13,935 nucleotides of DNA from Candidatus Thorarchaeota archaeon (GTDB lineage: Archaea > Asgardarchaeota > Thorarchaeia > Thorarchaeales > Thorarchaeaceae): NCBI GenBank assembly GCA_016840855.1, contig JAEORO010000001.1, forward strand, positions 1 through 13,935. Direction: 5' to 3'. The stretch's first letter is position 1. Each line of letters begins with the position of its first letter. Shown in pieces: positions 1-8,207 of this stretch. Below the pieces are notes generated by a model. That model saw nothing but the letters and a program-made list of their open reading frames with translations, searched no databases and was not told the DNA's origin. The position numbers and the translations under genes were made by a program.

Positions 1-1089
1 AAGTTTTCAGAAGACGGTCAATCTCTTCTGTTTTCAACATACTTTGGTGGAACAGAAAGTGATTGGTGTTATACTATGAATGTTGATTCAGATGATCGAA
101 TAGCAATCTCTGGAACAACTCGATCTACTAATTTTCCATTGCTAAATCCCTATCAGGACACAAATTTGGGTCACCTTGACATATTCGTTTCACTACTCGA
201 GGCAGATGGACAATCTCTTTTGTTCTCAACATTACTGGGTACTACAGGAATTGATCATGGACGACGTGTTGATTTCGATTCACAGGGAAATCTCTTGCTC
301 ACAGGCATAGTTGGGATTGGCGAACTTGCAACCGAGGGTGTCTATCAAGAGGAATATGCAGGTGGGACCTCAGATGCGTTCCTAGCAAAATTCATGACAA
401 ATGGCACTCTGATGTACTTTACATATTTAGGCGGCTCTAATGCTGAATGGGCAAATGACTTAGCCATAGACAGCGAAGATAATGTCGTAATTACAGGATT
501 TACAGTATCAGATGACTTTCCAATATTGAACTCCTACCAGGACGAACGCGTTCAGGAGTCAGATATGTTCATCACAAAATTCACTCCAAATGGACAAAGT
601 GTTGTCTTCAGTACGTATCTGGGTGGTTCGTCATCTGAGTATGGGAATGCTATCGCAATAGACGATCAAGATCGTATTGCGGTAACAGGGCAAACTAATT
701 CAGTTGATTTTCCAACAACCTTTCCTCTTGACACTACTGAGTCCTACTATGATAACGTGTCATTAATCGTGTTGAATCAGGATGGTTCGCTTCTACTATC
801 TACGATATTTGGAGGAAGCCATCATGATATTGGCATCGGAGTCGCTTGGCATTCAGCTGACAGTTTCATTATCGTAGGTTATACAGCCTCCGATAACTTT
901 CCTACCTACGAGGCATATCAAGAAACATATGCTGGCGAGAACGACATGTTCATCATGAGAATCAATCTTGAAGGTTTGATAGATATTCCGTCAGATGGAT
1001 TTACTTTAGGCCTCGTGGAAGGTGGTATCATAATTGGAATAGTAGCAGTTGTCATAGTTCTTTTGTTTGTTCGAAAGAGAGTCGGATAA
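1..1089 (+). CDS. SBBP-repeat (beta-propeller) cell-surface protein with C-terminal membrane anchor, 5'-truncated by the window edge
   Basis: The frame is open from base 1 (KFSEDGQSLLFSTYFGGTESDWCYTM...), so the ATG at 76 is internal. Five ~63-aa repeats carry STYFGG/STLLGT/FTYLGG/STYLGG/STIFGG plus 'IxITGxTxSxxFP' and 'DxFxxKF' motifs. The protein ends in a hydrophobic helix (GGIIIGIVAVVIVLLFV) followed by basic RKRVG. Confidence 0.85.
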   Translation, partial: KFSEDGQSLLFSTYFGGTESDWCYTMNVDSDDRIAISGTTRSTNFPLLNPYQDTNLGHLDIFVSLLEADGQSLLFSTLLGTTGIDHGRRVDFDSQGNLLLTGIVGIGELATEGVYQEEYAGGTSDAFLAKFMTNGTLMYFTYLGGSNAEWANDLAIDSEDNVVITGFTVSDDFPILNSYQDERVQESDMFITKFTPNGQSVVFSTYLGGSSSEYGNAIAIDDQDRIAVTGQTNSVDFPTTFPLDTTESYYDNVSLIVLNQDGSLLLSTIFGGSHHDIGIGVAWHSADSFIIVGYTASDNFPTYEAYQETYAGENDMFIMRINLEGLIDIPSDGFTLGLVEGGIIIGIVAVVIVLLFVRKRVG

Positions 1090-1137
1090 TCCGTTTCAAA
1101 ATATCACTAAAAGCAACCGAAATGTTCTCCTAAACCA

Positions 1138-1168
1138 ATGAAAAAGGGGTTCATGACCCCTTTTTCAT
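1138..1168. terminator. Perfect 13-bp inverted repeat, terminator-like hairpin, possibly bidirectional
   Basis: ATGAAAAAGGGGT-tcatg-ACCCCTTTTTCAT lies 48 nt after the SBBP stop. It has an A-tract in the left arm and a T-tract in the right arm. Confidence 0.65.
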
Positions 1169-1295
1169 AACTCAATCTACCTCAATGCCTTTTACCTCAA
1201 TAGCAGAAGATTGAATCCAAATATCACCAATGTCGTGACGAATTACAGCAGATTCATATCGAATGTATCAATCTTAAAGGTGGGTGTAATCGCTG

Positions 1296-2216
1296 ATGAA
1301 TAAGGTTCTAGATAGTACATATCTGCCTTTCACGGAAGATCAGCTGTTGAGCCATTTTGCCAATGTCAAGTATCGAGGAAAATGCGTAAGCAATAAACAA
1401 CATCTGAACTACTACAAGGATAGCATCCAAAAGTATCAGCAGTATCTCGCTGAAACTCCTGACATGCGCGGTATGTCTTTGGCAAAGATGAAGAAGCCCT
1501 GTCAGATAGAGAAGGATGAACGGTTTTGGGTTGCCTCTTGTATGATGACAATGTTCTATGACGAACGACGCTTGCAGATGTTACAGAAACTCTTCATTGA
1601 AGCTTTTGGCGAAACTCCTCCTTTGACTGGTCTAAGTTCTTGGCGAGATTGTTTAGATGGAGACCTAAAGCTATTCTTTGAAACCACTCTGCCTTCCCCA
1701 GCCTCCTACAAGGCTTGGCTTCGTCAGAGCTTGAATATGCGGCAATTCATCCCTCATGTCATAAGCAGTGCACATGGGAAAAAGAATCTAGAAGGTCCTA
1801 CACATGTTGACGCATTGCTCATGAATCTCAACAATGGCTTCGCAGTACTTATAGAAGCAAAGGTTCTTTCTGATATCAGCTGCCAGACCACATTCGATGC
1901 CACCCGTAATCAGATGGCTAGAATCATCGATGTCATGTTGGAAGAAAACAATAATCTCTGTGATCCGTTATGCAAGAGGAATCCTGAGCGATCACTATTC
2001 CTTCTGTTAACACCTGAGATGTTCAAAATCAATCCCTCCCGTAGATTATATGGAAGCAAGTTCAATGACTACAAGAAGAATCAGGAATCCATAGCTGTCG
2101 ACCTACCTCATAGGAAGAGCCTGGATTGGATTAAGATACGCCGTAGGTTAGGTTGGCTCACATGGGAGGACTTCTATAGAACAAATAACAATTGCTGCTC
2201 CTGGTTAGTCAAATAG
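1296..2216 (+). CDS. Hypothetical protein with PD-(D/E)XK restriction-endonuclease-like motif
   Basis: The 306-aa ORF contains EGPTHVDALL-x(7)-AVLIEAKVLSD, a D...ExK catalytic pattern on predicted beta strands. This is followed by an 'RNQMAR' helix and a C-terminal 'LGWLTWEDF'. A candidate RBS, GGTGGGTG, lies upstream. Confidence 0.6.
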   Translation: MNKVLDSTYLPFTEDQLLSHFANVKYRGKCVSNKQHLNYYKDSIQKYQQYLAETPDMRGMSLAKMKKPCQIEKDERFWVASCMMTMFYDERRLQMLQKLFIEAFGETPPLTGLSSWRDCLDGDLKLFFETTLPSPASYKAWLRQSLNMRQFIPHVISSAHGKKNLEGPTHVDALLMNLNNGFAVLIEAKVLSDISCQTTFDATRNQMARIIDVMLEENNNLCDPLCKRNPERSLFLLLTPEMFKINPSRRLYGSKFNDYKKNQESIAVDLPHRKSLDWIKIRRRLGWLTWEDFYRTNNNCCSWLVK

Positions 2217-2340
2217 ATTACCTTGTGTACACAATCTTGCTAGATACCGACAACGGAAAGTAATAATGCTCTACAAACCAGAAACAAAATCACAAAACAC
2301 TAGCTAGCACTGTATTTGAATGGCTCGTGCGGTGTGAGAG

Positions 2341-2796
2341 ATGGAAAGAGGCACTTTTGACGGACTGACTGACGAACAGCTTGACTCGCTGTTGAAGGGG
2401 AAAACCCAGCAGGTGTACTTCTATATGCTTCGTAATCTGCGTCCACTAGGCATGAGAGAGATTCAGCGAGGGTCTGGACTCTCCAGTCCGAGTCTCGCGA
2501 TCTATCACCTCAACAAACTAAAGAATCTCTCTTTGATTGATGTAGATGCTGATGGTCAGTACTATGTGATTCAGGAGTTCAAGGCGGGCTTGCTCAGGTT
2601 CTTTGCTGGGTCAGGTAGATTTCTGGTTCCACGATACTTCTTCTATTCTGTGTTCTATACCGTTGTTCTAATAGGAGTAGTAGGTTTCATTCCAATCTTT
2701 CTGAACTCAGCTGGTCTACTATTGATTGCAGTGTTGATATTCGCAACCCTCACATCTTGGAGAGAAACCATCAACGTATGGCGTGTAAAAATCTAG
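2341..2796 (+). CDS. Membrane-anchored winged-HTH transcriptional regulator
   Basis: The N-terminal wHTH (LKGKTQQVYFYML...GMREIQRGSGLSSPSLAIYHLNKL...GQYYV) is followed by two hydrophobic segments (YFFYSVFYTVVLIGVVGFIPIFL and AGLLLIAVLIFATL). GGTGTGAG precedes the ATG. Confidence 0.8.
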   Translation: MERGTFDGLTDEQLDSLLKGKTQQVYFYMLRNLRPLGMREIQRGSGLSSPSLAIYHLNKLKNLSLIDVDADGQYYVIQEFKAGLLRFFAGSGRFLVPRYFFYSVFYTVVLIGVVGFIPIFLNSAGLLLIAVLIFATLTSWRETINVWRVKI

Positions 2797-2874
2797 ATCA
2801 CTTTGATTCAAAACTTAGAACTATATCCAATAGCTAGCGATGAAAAAATGTAGGTAAAAAGACGGTGAAACTAC

Positions 2875-3099
2875 TTGGATAGAAAAAGACTGAATCTCAA
2901 GATATTAGGTGCAGCCCTTGTCGCTGTGCTCCTTGGATCAACACTGTTGATACTGAGCCTGAGTTACAGTCCATTTCTAGGCTCGAGCGCCCTCTCTCAG
3001 GAATACCCGCCCCTCCTGATTGGAGTCACAGGTTTTGCTGTCGCAGTTGTTGCTTATGCTATAGCGAAACTACGCTATCGAAAACAGTCATGGTCGTAA
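2875..3099 (+). CDS. Small two-TM membrane protein
   Basis: This 74-aa ORF has a TTG start with GGTGA 7 nt upstream. Two hydrophobic helices are flanked by basic termini (RKR and KLRYRK). Confidence 0.65.
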   Translation: MDRKRLNLKILGAALVAVLLGSTLLILSLSYSPFLGSSALSQEYPPLLIGVTGFAVAVVAYAIAKLRYRKQSWS

Positions 3100-3169
3100 A
3101 TTCATCAACGAAGACTATGGCAATTGTTTGGAAATGCGGATACTGGTAAAATGATGGAGTGATCTAAAT

Positions 3170-3817
3170 ATGTATGGAAAAAGTATTGCGAAAACTAGTG
3201 AAAGCATTCCTTTAAGATCTGGGGCTCATAGTGCTATTAGGTCCGGAACGCTGGTTGCAATAATGGCGATCATTGCAGTCCTAGTCCCTGCTGGTCTTAA
3301 TGTGGAATTAGACTCAAGTACCGGGGCAATCTTGCAGTTGTCTATAATATGCATGCTATGGACAGTGCCGATCCCATTTGGTATTAACAACCCTCTAGGG
3401 ACATTTCAAAACATAACAGAAGTTCCCAACCAAGTAGTTCTCAATCCCTTCATGCTTATAGGAAATATACCTCTCACGTTTCTCAGACTTGTATTCGTCT
3501 ATCAGATTTACAAGCTCTACCAAGGCAGAACCACGAGAAAACATACGATGTTGGTCGGAGCTGCGAGCGAACTGCAGATGGCAATAACTGGCATTTTAGG
3601 TGCGATAATGCCTGTGTTCTCTCTCATATCCAGATTGTTTATTCCCATTCCCATTCTGTTCTTAGCCGCCATAATTGCAATAAAGGTGACACCACCTTCC
3701 GAAATTTCCACTCCTTGGAAACATTCTGAAGATACTGAATCTTGGTGGACAGAGCCATCCAAAGATGAAGAACATGCTCTTCAGACTGAAGAAAGGCTAA
3801 TGCAGAAAACCGAATAA
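3170..3817 (+). CDS. Hypothetical multi-pass membrane protein
   Basis: The 215-aa ORF has the RBS GGAGTGAT upstream, about five hydrophobic segments, and an acidic Trp-containing tail (TPWKHSEDTESWWTEP). Confidence 0.75.
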   Translation: MYGKSIAKTSESIPLRSGAHSAIRSGTLVAIMAIIAVLVPAGLNVELDSSTGAILQLSIICMLWTVPIPFGINNPLGTFQNITEVPNQVVLNPFMLIGNIPLTFLRLVFVYQIYKLYQGRTTRKHTMLVGAASELQMAITGILGAIMPVFSLISRLFIPIPILFLAAIIAIKVTPPSEISTPWKHSEDTESWWTEPSKDEEHALQTEERLMQKTE

Positions 3818-3890
3818 CAGGTATAATAGTATGGAATGACATATTCACAAAACTAGATTTACTTCTCATTATGAAGCGCGTCCAATTCGA

Positions 3891-3965
3891 CTTAACTCCC
3901 TACCTGTCAAGGACCTCGTGGTCCAACGAAATGGAATCAGGGTTGACATCATCCTAAGTGTCTTT
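3891..3965 (-). pseudogene. 3'-terminal relic of the 2Fe-2S ferredoxin gene
   Basis: Ungapped alignment to 8214-8288 gives 55/75 identical nt. It translates KDT*DDVNPDSISLDHEVLDR*GVK versus KDTEDKVTPDPVWLEHEVPDWWGIK, with two nonsense changes (GAG>TAG and TGG>TAG). Weaker similarity continues into the 3' flank (gaagcg..tcc at ~3873 vs ~8200). Confidence 0.85.
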
Positions 3966-4054
3966 ATCGGATATGTGGAAATATCATTGAGACATCCTCT
4001 AAGGTAACTCTTATGTCTAAATCAATGCTCTAAAACTTCAGTGATTTTATTTTG

Positions 4055-5410
4055 ATGAAACTATTTGGTACAAACGGTGTCCGTGGTATAATTAACAAGG
4101 AACTTACTGTTGATTTAGCTCTCAAATTGAGTCGAGCTACAGGTACTTTGTTGGGGCCTGGTAAGATCGCCATCGCTCGGGACTCTCGAATGGGAGGTGA
4201 AATGTTCACCCACGCATTGATTTCCGGACTGACCTCTACAGGTTGTTCAGTTGTTGACCTTGGTCCAGTGCCAACTCCCACTCTACAGTATATGATTCCG
4301 AGATTAGACTGTGTTGCTGGAGTAATGGTTACCGCATCCCACAATCCCCCTCATTTCAATGGAATCAAAGTGATTGGATCAAATGGGATTGAAGCGTCTC
4401 GAGAAACCGAAGATCAGATAGAAAAGATCTATCATTCGAACCAGTTCAAATCTGCGGAATGGGACAAGATTGGTGAATTCACTCGCTATGACTCTGCAAT
4501 TGATGTCTATTTAGCTGGAATCAAATCACTCATTGATATCGATAAGATTAAGGAGAAGAAACTGAAAGTAATTGTTGATGGCGCTAACAGTGTCGGTAGC
4601 GTGGTAACTCCTCGCCTCCTACGAGAAATTGGCTGCTCAGTTGTTTCACTTAATTCTCAGTTAGATGGCACTTTTCCAGGGAGAAATCCTGAACCAATTC
4701 CTGAGAATCTGAAGGACCTCTCAGCCGCGGTGACAGCCATGGGTGCTGATTTAGGAATTGCACATGATGGAGATGCGGATAGAGCAACCTTTGTTGATGA
4801 AACTGGTAGAGTTCTCTGGGGTGATCAATCCTTTGCGTTGATTGCTTCTCGAGTCCTTGCTAAGAAGCGTGGTTCAACACTAGTAACACCTGTATCAAGT
4901 GGTCGTCTTATTGAAGACGTAGCTCGAAATGCTGGTGCCAAGATCGACTGGACTGAAGTTGGAAGTGTTGTTGTTTCGCACAGAATTGAAGAAATTAATG
5001 CAGAGCTAGGCGGTGAGGAAAATGGCGGAGTCTTTTATCCAGATCACCAACCTGTTCGTGATGGAGCAATGACTGCTTCTCAAGTTGTGGAAATAATGGC
5101 TTTAGAAAACAAGACGCTTTCACAGCTTGTGAGTGAGCTTCCTATATATTACAACACAAAAGTGAAGGTTCCAGTTCCTCCAGAAAAGAAAGAGCCCCTT
5201 TTGGAAGCACTTCTTAATCTTAGTAAGAACATGAATCGAATCACTATAGATGGCGTGAAGGTAATCCATGATGAAGGATGGTTTCTAATCAGACCTTCAG
5301 GAACTGAGCCACTCTATCGTTGCTTTGCTGAGGGAAAAACGCAAGAAACTGCTGATCGCCTCAGTGAAGAAGGTGTTGAACTCATTGAACAAGCTAAGAA
5401 ACTAGTCTAA
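4055..5410 (+). CDS. glmM: Alpha-D-phosphohexomutase (archaeal phosphoglucosamine mutase / PMM-PGM family)
   Basis: Motifs present: FGTNGVRG, catalytic TASHNP, metal-binding DGDADR, sugar loop GGEENGG and phosphate loop RPSGTEP. The ATG is at 4055, with an in-frame TTG at 4052 and GTGAT upstream. The substrate (GlcN, Man or Glc phosphate) cannot be fixed from sequence alone. Confidence 0.93.
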   Translation: MKLFGTNGVRGIINKELTVDLALKLSRATGTLLGPGKIAIARDSRMGGEMFTHALISGLTSTGCSVVDLGPVPTPTLQYMIPRLDCVAGVMVTASHNPPHFNGIKVIGSNGIEASRETEDQIEKIYHSNQFKSAEWDKIGEFTRYDSAIDVYLAGIKSLIDIDKIKEKKLKVIVDGANSVGSVVTPRLLREIGCSVVSLNSQLDGTFPGRNPEPIPENLKDLSAAVTAMGADLGIAHDGDADRATFVDETGRVLWGDQSFALIASRVLAKKRGSTLVTPVSSGRLIEDVARNAGAKIDWTEVGSVVVSHRIEEINAELGGEENGGVFYPDHQPVRDGAMTASQVVEIMALENKTLSQLVSELPIYYNTKVKVPVPPEKKEPLLEALLNLSKNMNRITIDGVKVIHDEGWFLIRPSGTEPLYRCFAEGKTQETADRLSEEGVELIEQAKKLV

Positions 5411-5486
5411 CACAACATCTACTGTGTAATGCAAAAAGATGTGATACTGATATCCTGATGTAGAGGCTGAAAGAATCTCCAATACA

Positions 5487-5505
5487 GTTTCATAAGGCTT
5501 ATCTC
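5487..5505 (+). promoter_or_regulatory. Conserved upstream element of the GT4 operon (copy 1), candidate promoter
   Basis: gtttcataaggcttatctc matches gtttcataaaccttatctc at 12138-12156, upstream of the intact GT4 (17/19 nt). Confidence 0.4.
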
Positions 5506-5513
5506 AATTAGCC

Positions 5514-5627
5514 AATCCTGAAAAGAAGTCACTTATTGAGAAGAATGCATACGAATACGGTCAAAGTATGACGTGGCCTAAAGTGGCTTTGAAGTAGGTT
5601 GACTTATTCAAGCAATTCGTTCAGTAG
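5514..5627 (+). pseudogene. 3'-terminal relic of the GT4 glycosyltransferase
   Basis: It translates NPEKKSLIEKNAYEYGQSMTWPKVALK*VDLFKQFVQ* versus NPQKKAHIEKLAYEHGQSMTWPRVASKYADLFKELTQ* at 13271-13384 (25/37 aa identical). There is an internal TAG at 5595-5597, and the 8-nt spacer to the next GTG is the same length as in copy 2. Confidence 0.92.
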
Positions 5628-5635
5628 ATAGGAAA

Positions 5636-6700
5636 GTGAACATCATCGAGCTGCCATCAATAAATTGCACTTGGCTTCAAGATATGACTGATGATACTGG
5701 GATACTGCAACATGCAAAGTCAACGATAGCAGATCGAAGAGAAGGATACACTACTGATGACAATGCTCGGGCACTTCTTGCTACTCTCAGATACCATGAA
5801 CTACGAGATGGAGAAAAAAACCTAGAACTTGTTAGAACCTACCTCAGTTTTCTGCTCTATGTTCAGAAGGAAGATGGACGACTTCACAACTACATTGGGT
5901 ACGACCATAGTTTTCTTGACAAAGTAGGATCAGATGATTCTCTTGGACGTGTACTCTGGGCTTGTGGCTATTCCCAGGACACCTCGATTCCTGAGGACAT
6001 CAGAATAGCTGCCAAAGAAATCTTTGACAAGAGCCTTATCTGGGCGTTGAAGTCAAGTTCACCTAGGGCTAAGGCATTTGCGATCATAGGTCTCTATCAT
6101 TACGCTAAAGCCGACCCTGAAGACAAGAATCCTCAACAAAACGTTATTCAGCTCGCTGACCAACTCTGCGAACTCTATAGGCAAACATATTCACCTACAT
6201 GGCAGTGGTTTGAACCATATCTTACTTACGCAAATCCACGTCTCTCTCATGCACTATTAAGAGCATATCAGACAACTGGAAAAAGGGACTACCTTCGCAT
6301 TGCTGAGAAGACACTCAAGTTTCTTGCGGCAAATGATATTGTGAATGGTATCTATCAACCAGTAGGGAATCAGTCTTGGTACGAAAGAGGTGGGAAGAAA
6401 GCGCTTTATGATCAACAACCACTGGAAGCATCTTGTATGGTAGAAGCGGCATCCATTGCTTTTCAAGTGACTGGAAAGAAAATGTACTCCAAAATGGCAC
6501 GGACTGCCTTTGCCTGGTTTTTAGGTAAAAACACGAACGGTGTTATGGTCTATAATCCCAATACAGGGGGCACTTTCGATGGAATCACTGCTCGTGGTTT
6601 AAATCAAAATCAGGGAGCTGAATCTGGTCTCTCCTATCTCTTGGCACGCTTTGAGATGGAAGTGCTTCGCAAGAATGAGTTAAAGAGTTCACTCAGATGA
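5636..6700 (+). CDS. Six-hairpin-glycosidase-like protein of the type usually fused to or adjacent to GT4 mannosyltransferase-like genes (copy 1)
   Basis: Motifs present: TDDTGILQHA, EGYTTDDNARAL, DSLGRVLWA, WFEPYLTYAN, YDQQPLEA and NQGAES. The start is GTG with AGGA upstream. The fold assignment is from recall of the family, not from a computed match. Confidence 0.75.
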   Translation: MNIIELPSINCTWLQDMTDDTGILQHAKSTIADRREGYTTDDNARALLATLRYHELRDGEKNLELVRTYLSFLLYVQKEDGRLHNYIGYDHSFLDKVGSDDSLGRVLWACGYSQDTSIPEDIRIAAKEIFDKSLIWALKSSSPRAKAFAIIGLYHYAKADPEDKNPQQNVIQLADQLCELYRQTYSPTWQWFEPYLTYANPRLSHALLRAYQTTGKRDYLRIAEKTLKFLAANDIVNGIYQPVGNQSWYERGGKKALYDQQPLEASCMVEAASIAFQVTGKKMYSKMARTAFAWFLGKNTNGVMVYNPNTGGTFDGITARGLNQNQGAESGLSYLLARFEMEVLRKNELKSSLR

Positions 6701-6705
6701 GCATT

Positions 6706-7596
6706 CTATGCCTTTGGGAGAAGTTCGCTTAGTTCAAACTCAGCTCCACATACTACCGAGTCTGCGCCTCCATAATAGATCAGAAGCTTGTTGTCAAATA
6801 AAACACTACCACAACTAAAAACAACATTTGGAACCAGTCCAAATTTCTCGTAGGGCTCTCGAGGTTCCAAGATTGGTTTTTCGGACCTATAGAGAATGTT
6901 TTCAGGATTATCCCTGTCAATCAGGAGAGAACCTAGACGATAGACATACTCATGATCCACTCCATGATAGATAAAGAGCCACCCCTCATTAATCTCGATG
7001 GGCGGACCTGCTGACCCAACTTTGAGACTATCCCAGTGGTCTTGTCTGGGATGCATCAGCGCCTTTACCTGACACCACCTCTTCAGATCATCAGAATATG
7101 CCACACACAGATCAGGCTCAATGCGGTGATACATAACATATGAGCCGTTTATCTTCCTAGGGAAAATCACAGCATTCTTGTTCAAGATGCCATCAAAAGG
7201 CAACCACCTCTCTCCCCAATTCCATTCACCCGCAAGCAGGTCTTGCAATGATATTTGAGTGACAGAAACCTGGTATGCTGTCCTTGGAATATTCCCATAG
7301 GCTGTGTATGTCATCAAGCAGTTTCCGTCCATCTTTGTTATTCTCGGGTCTTCACAACCGAGGTTCTCACGAGAATGTTCTGGAATAAATACTGGTTCAA
7401 GTCGCCTTTCATCAATTGAAAAGCCATCTGATGAACTCGCATACCCAATTCGCGATACATTGTCATCTCCTTGAGCCCGATAGAGTACGTGGACCTTTCC
7501 TCCCGCATTGAGAACGGCTGCATTGTACACATTCCGATTCTGCCAATAATGGCCTGGCACTGGTTTAAGGATTGGATTGTTGACGAAGCGCTTCAT
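6706..7596 (-). CDS. Glycoside hydrolase family 130 (beta-mannoside phosphorylase-like)
   Basis: Motifs present: NPILKP, VYNAAV, LYRA, GCEDPRIT, NKNAVIFP, MYHR, KVGSAGPP, IYHGV, YRLG, VPNVVFSCG and YYGGADS. The RBS is AGGAG. The gene converges on 5636..6700 with a 5-nt gap. Confidence 0.9.
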   Translation of the reverse strand: MKRFVNNPILKPVPGHYWQNRNVYNAAVLNAGGKVHVLYRAQGDDNVSRIGYASSSDGFSIDERRLEPVFIPEHSRENLGCEDPRITKMDGNCLMTYTAYGNIPRTAYQVSVTQISLQDLLAGEWNWGERWLPFDGILNKNAVIFPRKINGSYVMYHRIEPDLCVAYSDDLKRWCQVKALMHPRQDHWDSLKVGSAGPPIEINEGWLFIYHGVDHEYVYRLGSLLIDRDNPENILYRSEKPILEPREPYEKFGLVPNVVFSCGSVLFDNKLLIYYGGADSVVCGAEFELSELLPKA

Positions 7597-7627
7597 TGCA
7601 TTCTCTCCTGCTTTGCATTATAGACTC

Positions 7628-8017
7628 TTAACGCTTGATTTTATGCATCTCATGTATTTCATCTAATATTTTCCTTAGGCTAATTAAACCGACGAAATGT
7701 CCTTGCTCATCGACCACAGGTAGATGCCTGATATTATGATTTCTCATAACCTCTTTAGCCATTGCATACGTCGCATGTTCGTCTATTGTTTTTAGATTGG
7801 TCGTCATTACCTTGGCAATCGGAGTTGTCAATGGAACGTCATCAGCTACAATCCTTAATGCATCACGTTCAGTGAATATGCCTTTGCATTTATTGTCCTC
7901 ATCGACAATAATGATTGTACCAATGTGCCGCTTGTGAAGGATCTTGATTGCCTCTTTGACAGAAATGTTTCCCAATGTAGTTACTACATCCTCATCAATC
8001 CAGTGTTGGATTTTCAA
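7628..8017 (-). CDS. Stand-alone CBS-pair (Bateman domain) protein
   Basis: Two CBS repeats are present (IGTIIIVD...GIFTERD and IRHLPVVD...GLISLR). It has a TTG start with GAGGA upstream and ends 31 nt before the GH130 start on the same strand. Confidence 0.88.
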   Translation of the reverse strand: MKIQHWIDEDVVTTLGNISVKEAIKILHKRHIGTIIIVDEDNKCKGIFTERDALRIVADDVPLTTPIAKVMTTNLKTIDEHATYAMAKEVMRNHNIRHLPVVDEQGHFVGLISLRKILDEIHEMHKIKR

Positions 8018-8054
8018 TCAATCATTCCTCTAATCTTTTGATTGCCATCATTTG

Positions 8055-8062
8055 TTTATAAG
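8055..8062 (-). promoter_or_regulatory. Candidate TATA box for the CBS-GH130 transcript
   Basis: CTTATAAA lies on the minus strand about 25 nt upstream of the GAGGA RBS. Confidence 0.4.
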
Positions 8063-8207
8063 ATGATGGACATAGCAGTTACTTTTCTTTGACCATCACA
8101 GTGACTTGTCAAATCAGGTCTAGTAATATTCCGACAACCTATTCCAAAGGTGCAACCGAATAAATGCATGATTATCTGGTATGTGTGGCCGAGTTTCGAG
8201 AAGCGTC

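Noticed and set aside
3808-3817. AACCGAATAA shared with 8154-8163, and CCAATAGCTA shared between 2827-2836 and 11997-12006
   Set aside because: These isolated 10-mers are not collinear with the duplication, and matches of this length are expected by chance in 14 kb.
3517-3869. Two minus-strand ORFs (81 and 76 aa)
   Set aside because: They overlap the 3170..3817 membrane protein, which has a good RBS, and they have no motifs.
4030-4344. 104-aa minus-strand ORF
   Set aside because: It is antisense to the highly conserved mutase N-terminus.
5595-5597. In-frame TAG in the GT4 relic (and TAGs in the ferredoxin relic) as possible pyrrolysine or stop-codon readthrough
   Set aside because: They are single-base nonsense changes from TAY, GAG and TGG in fragments that lack a 5' end. 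TAG is used as a normal stop by several intact genes here.
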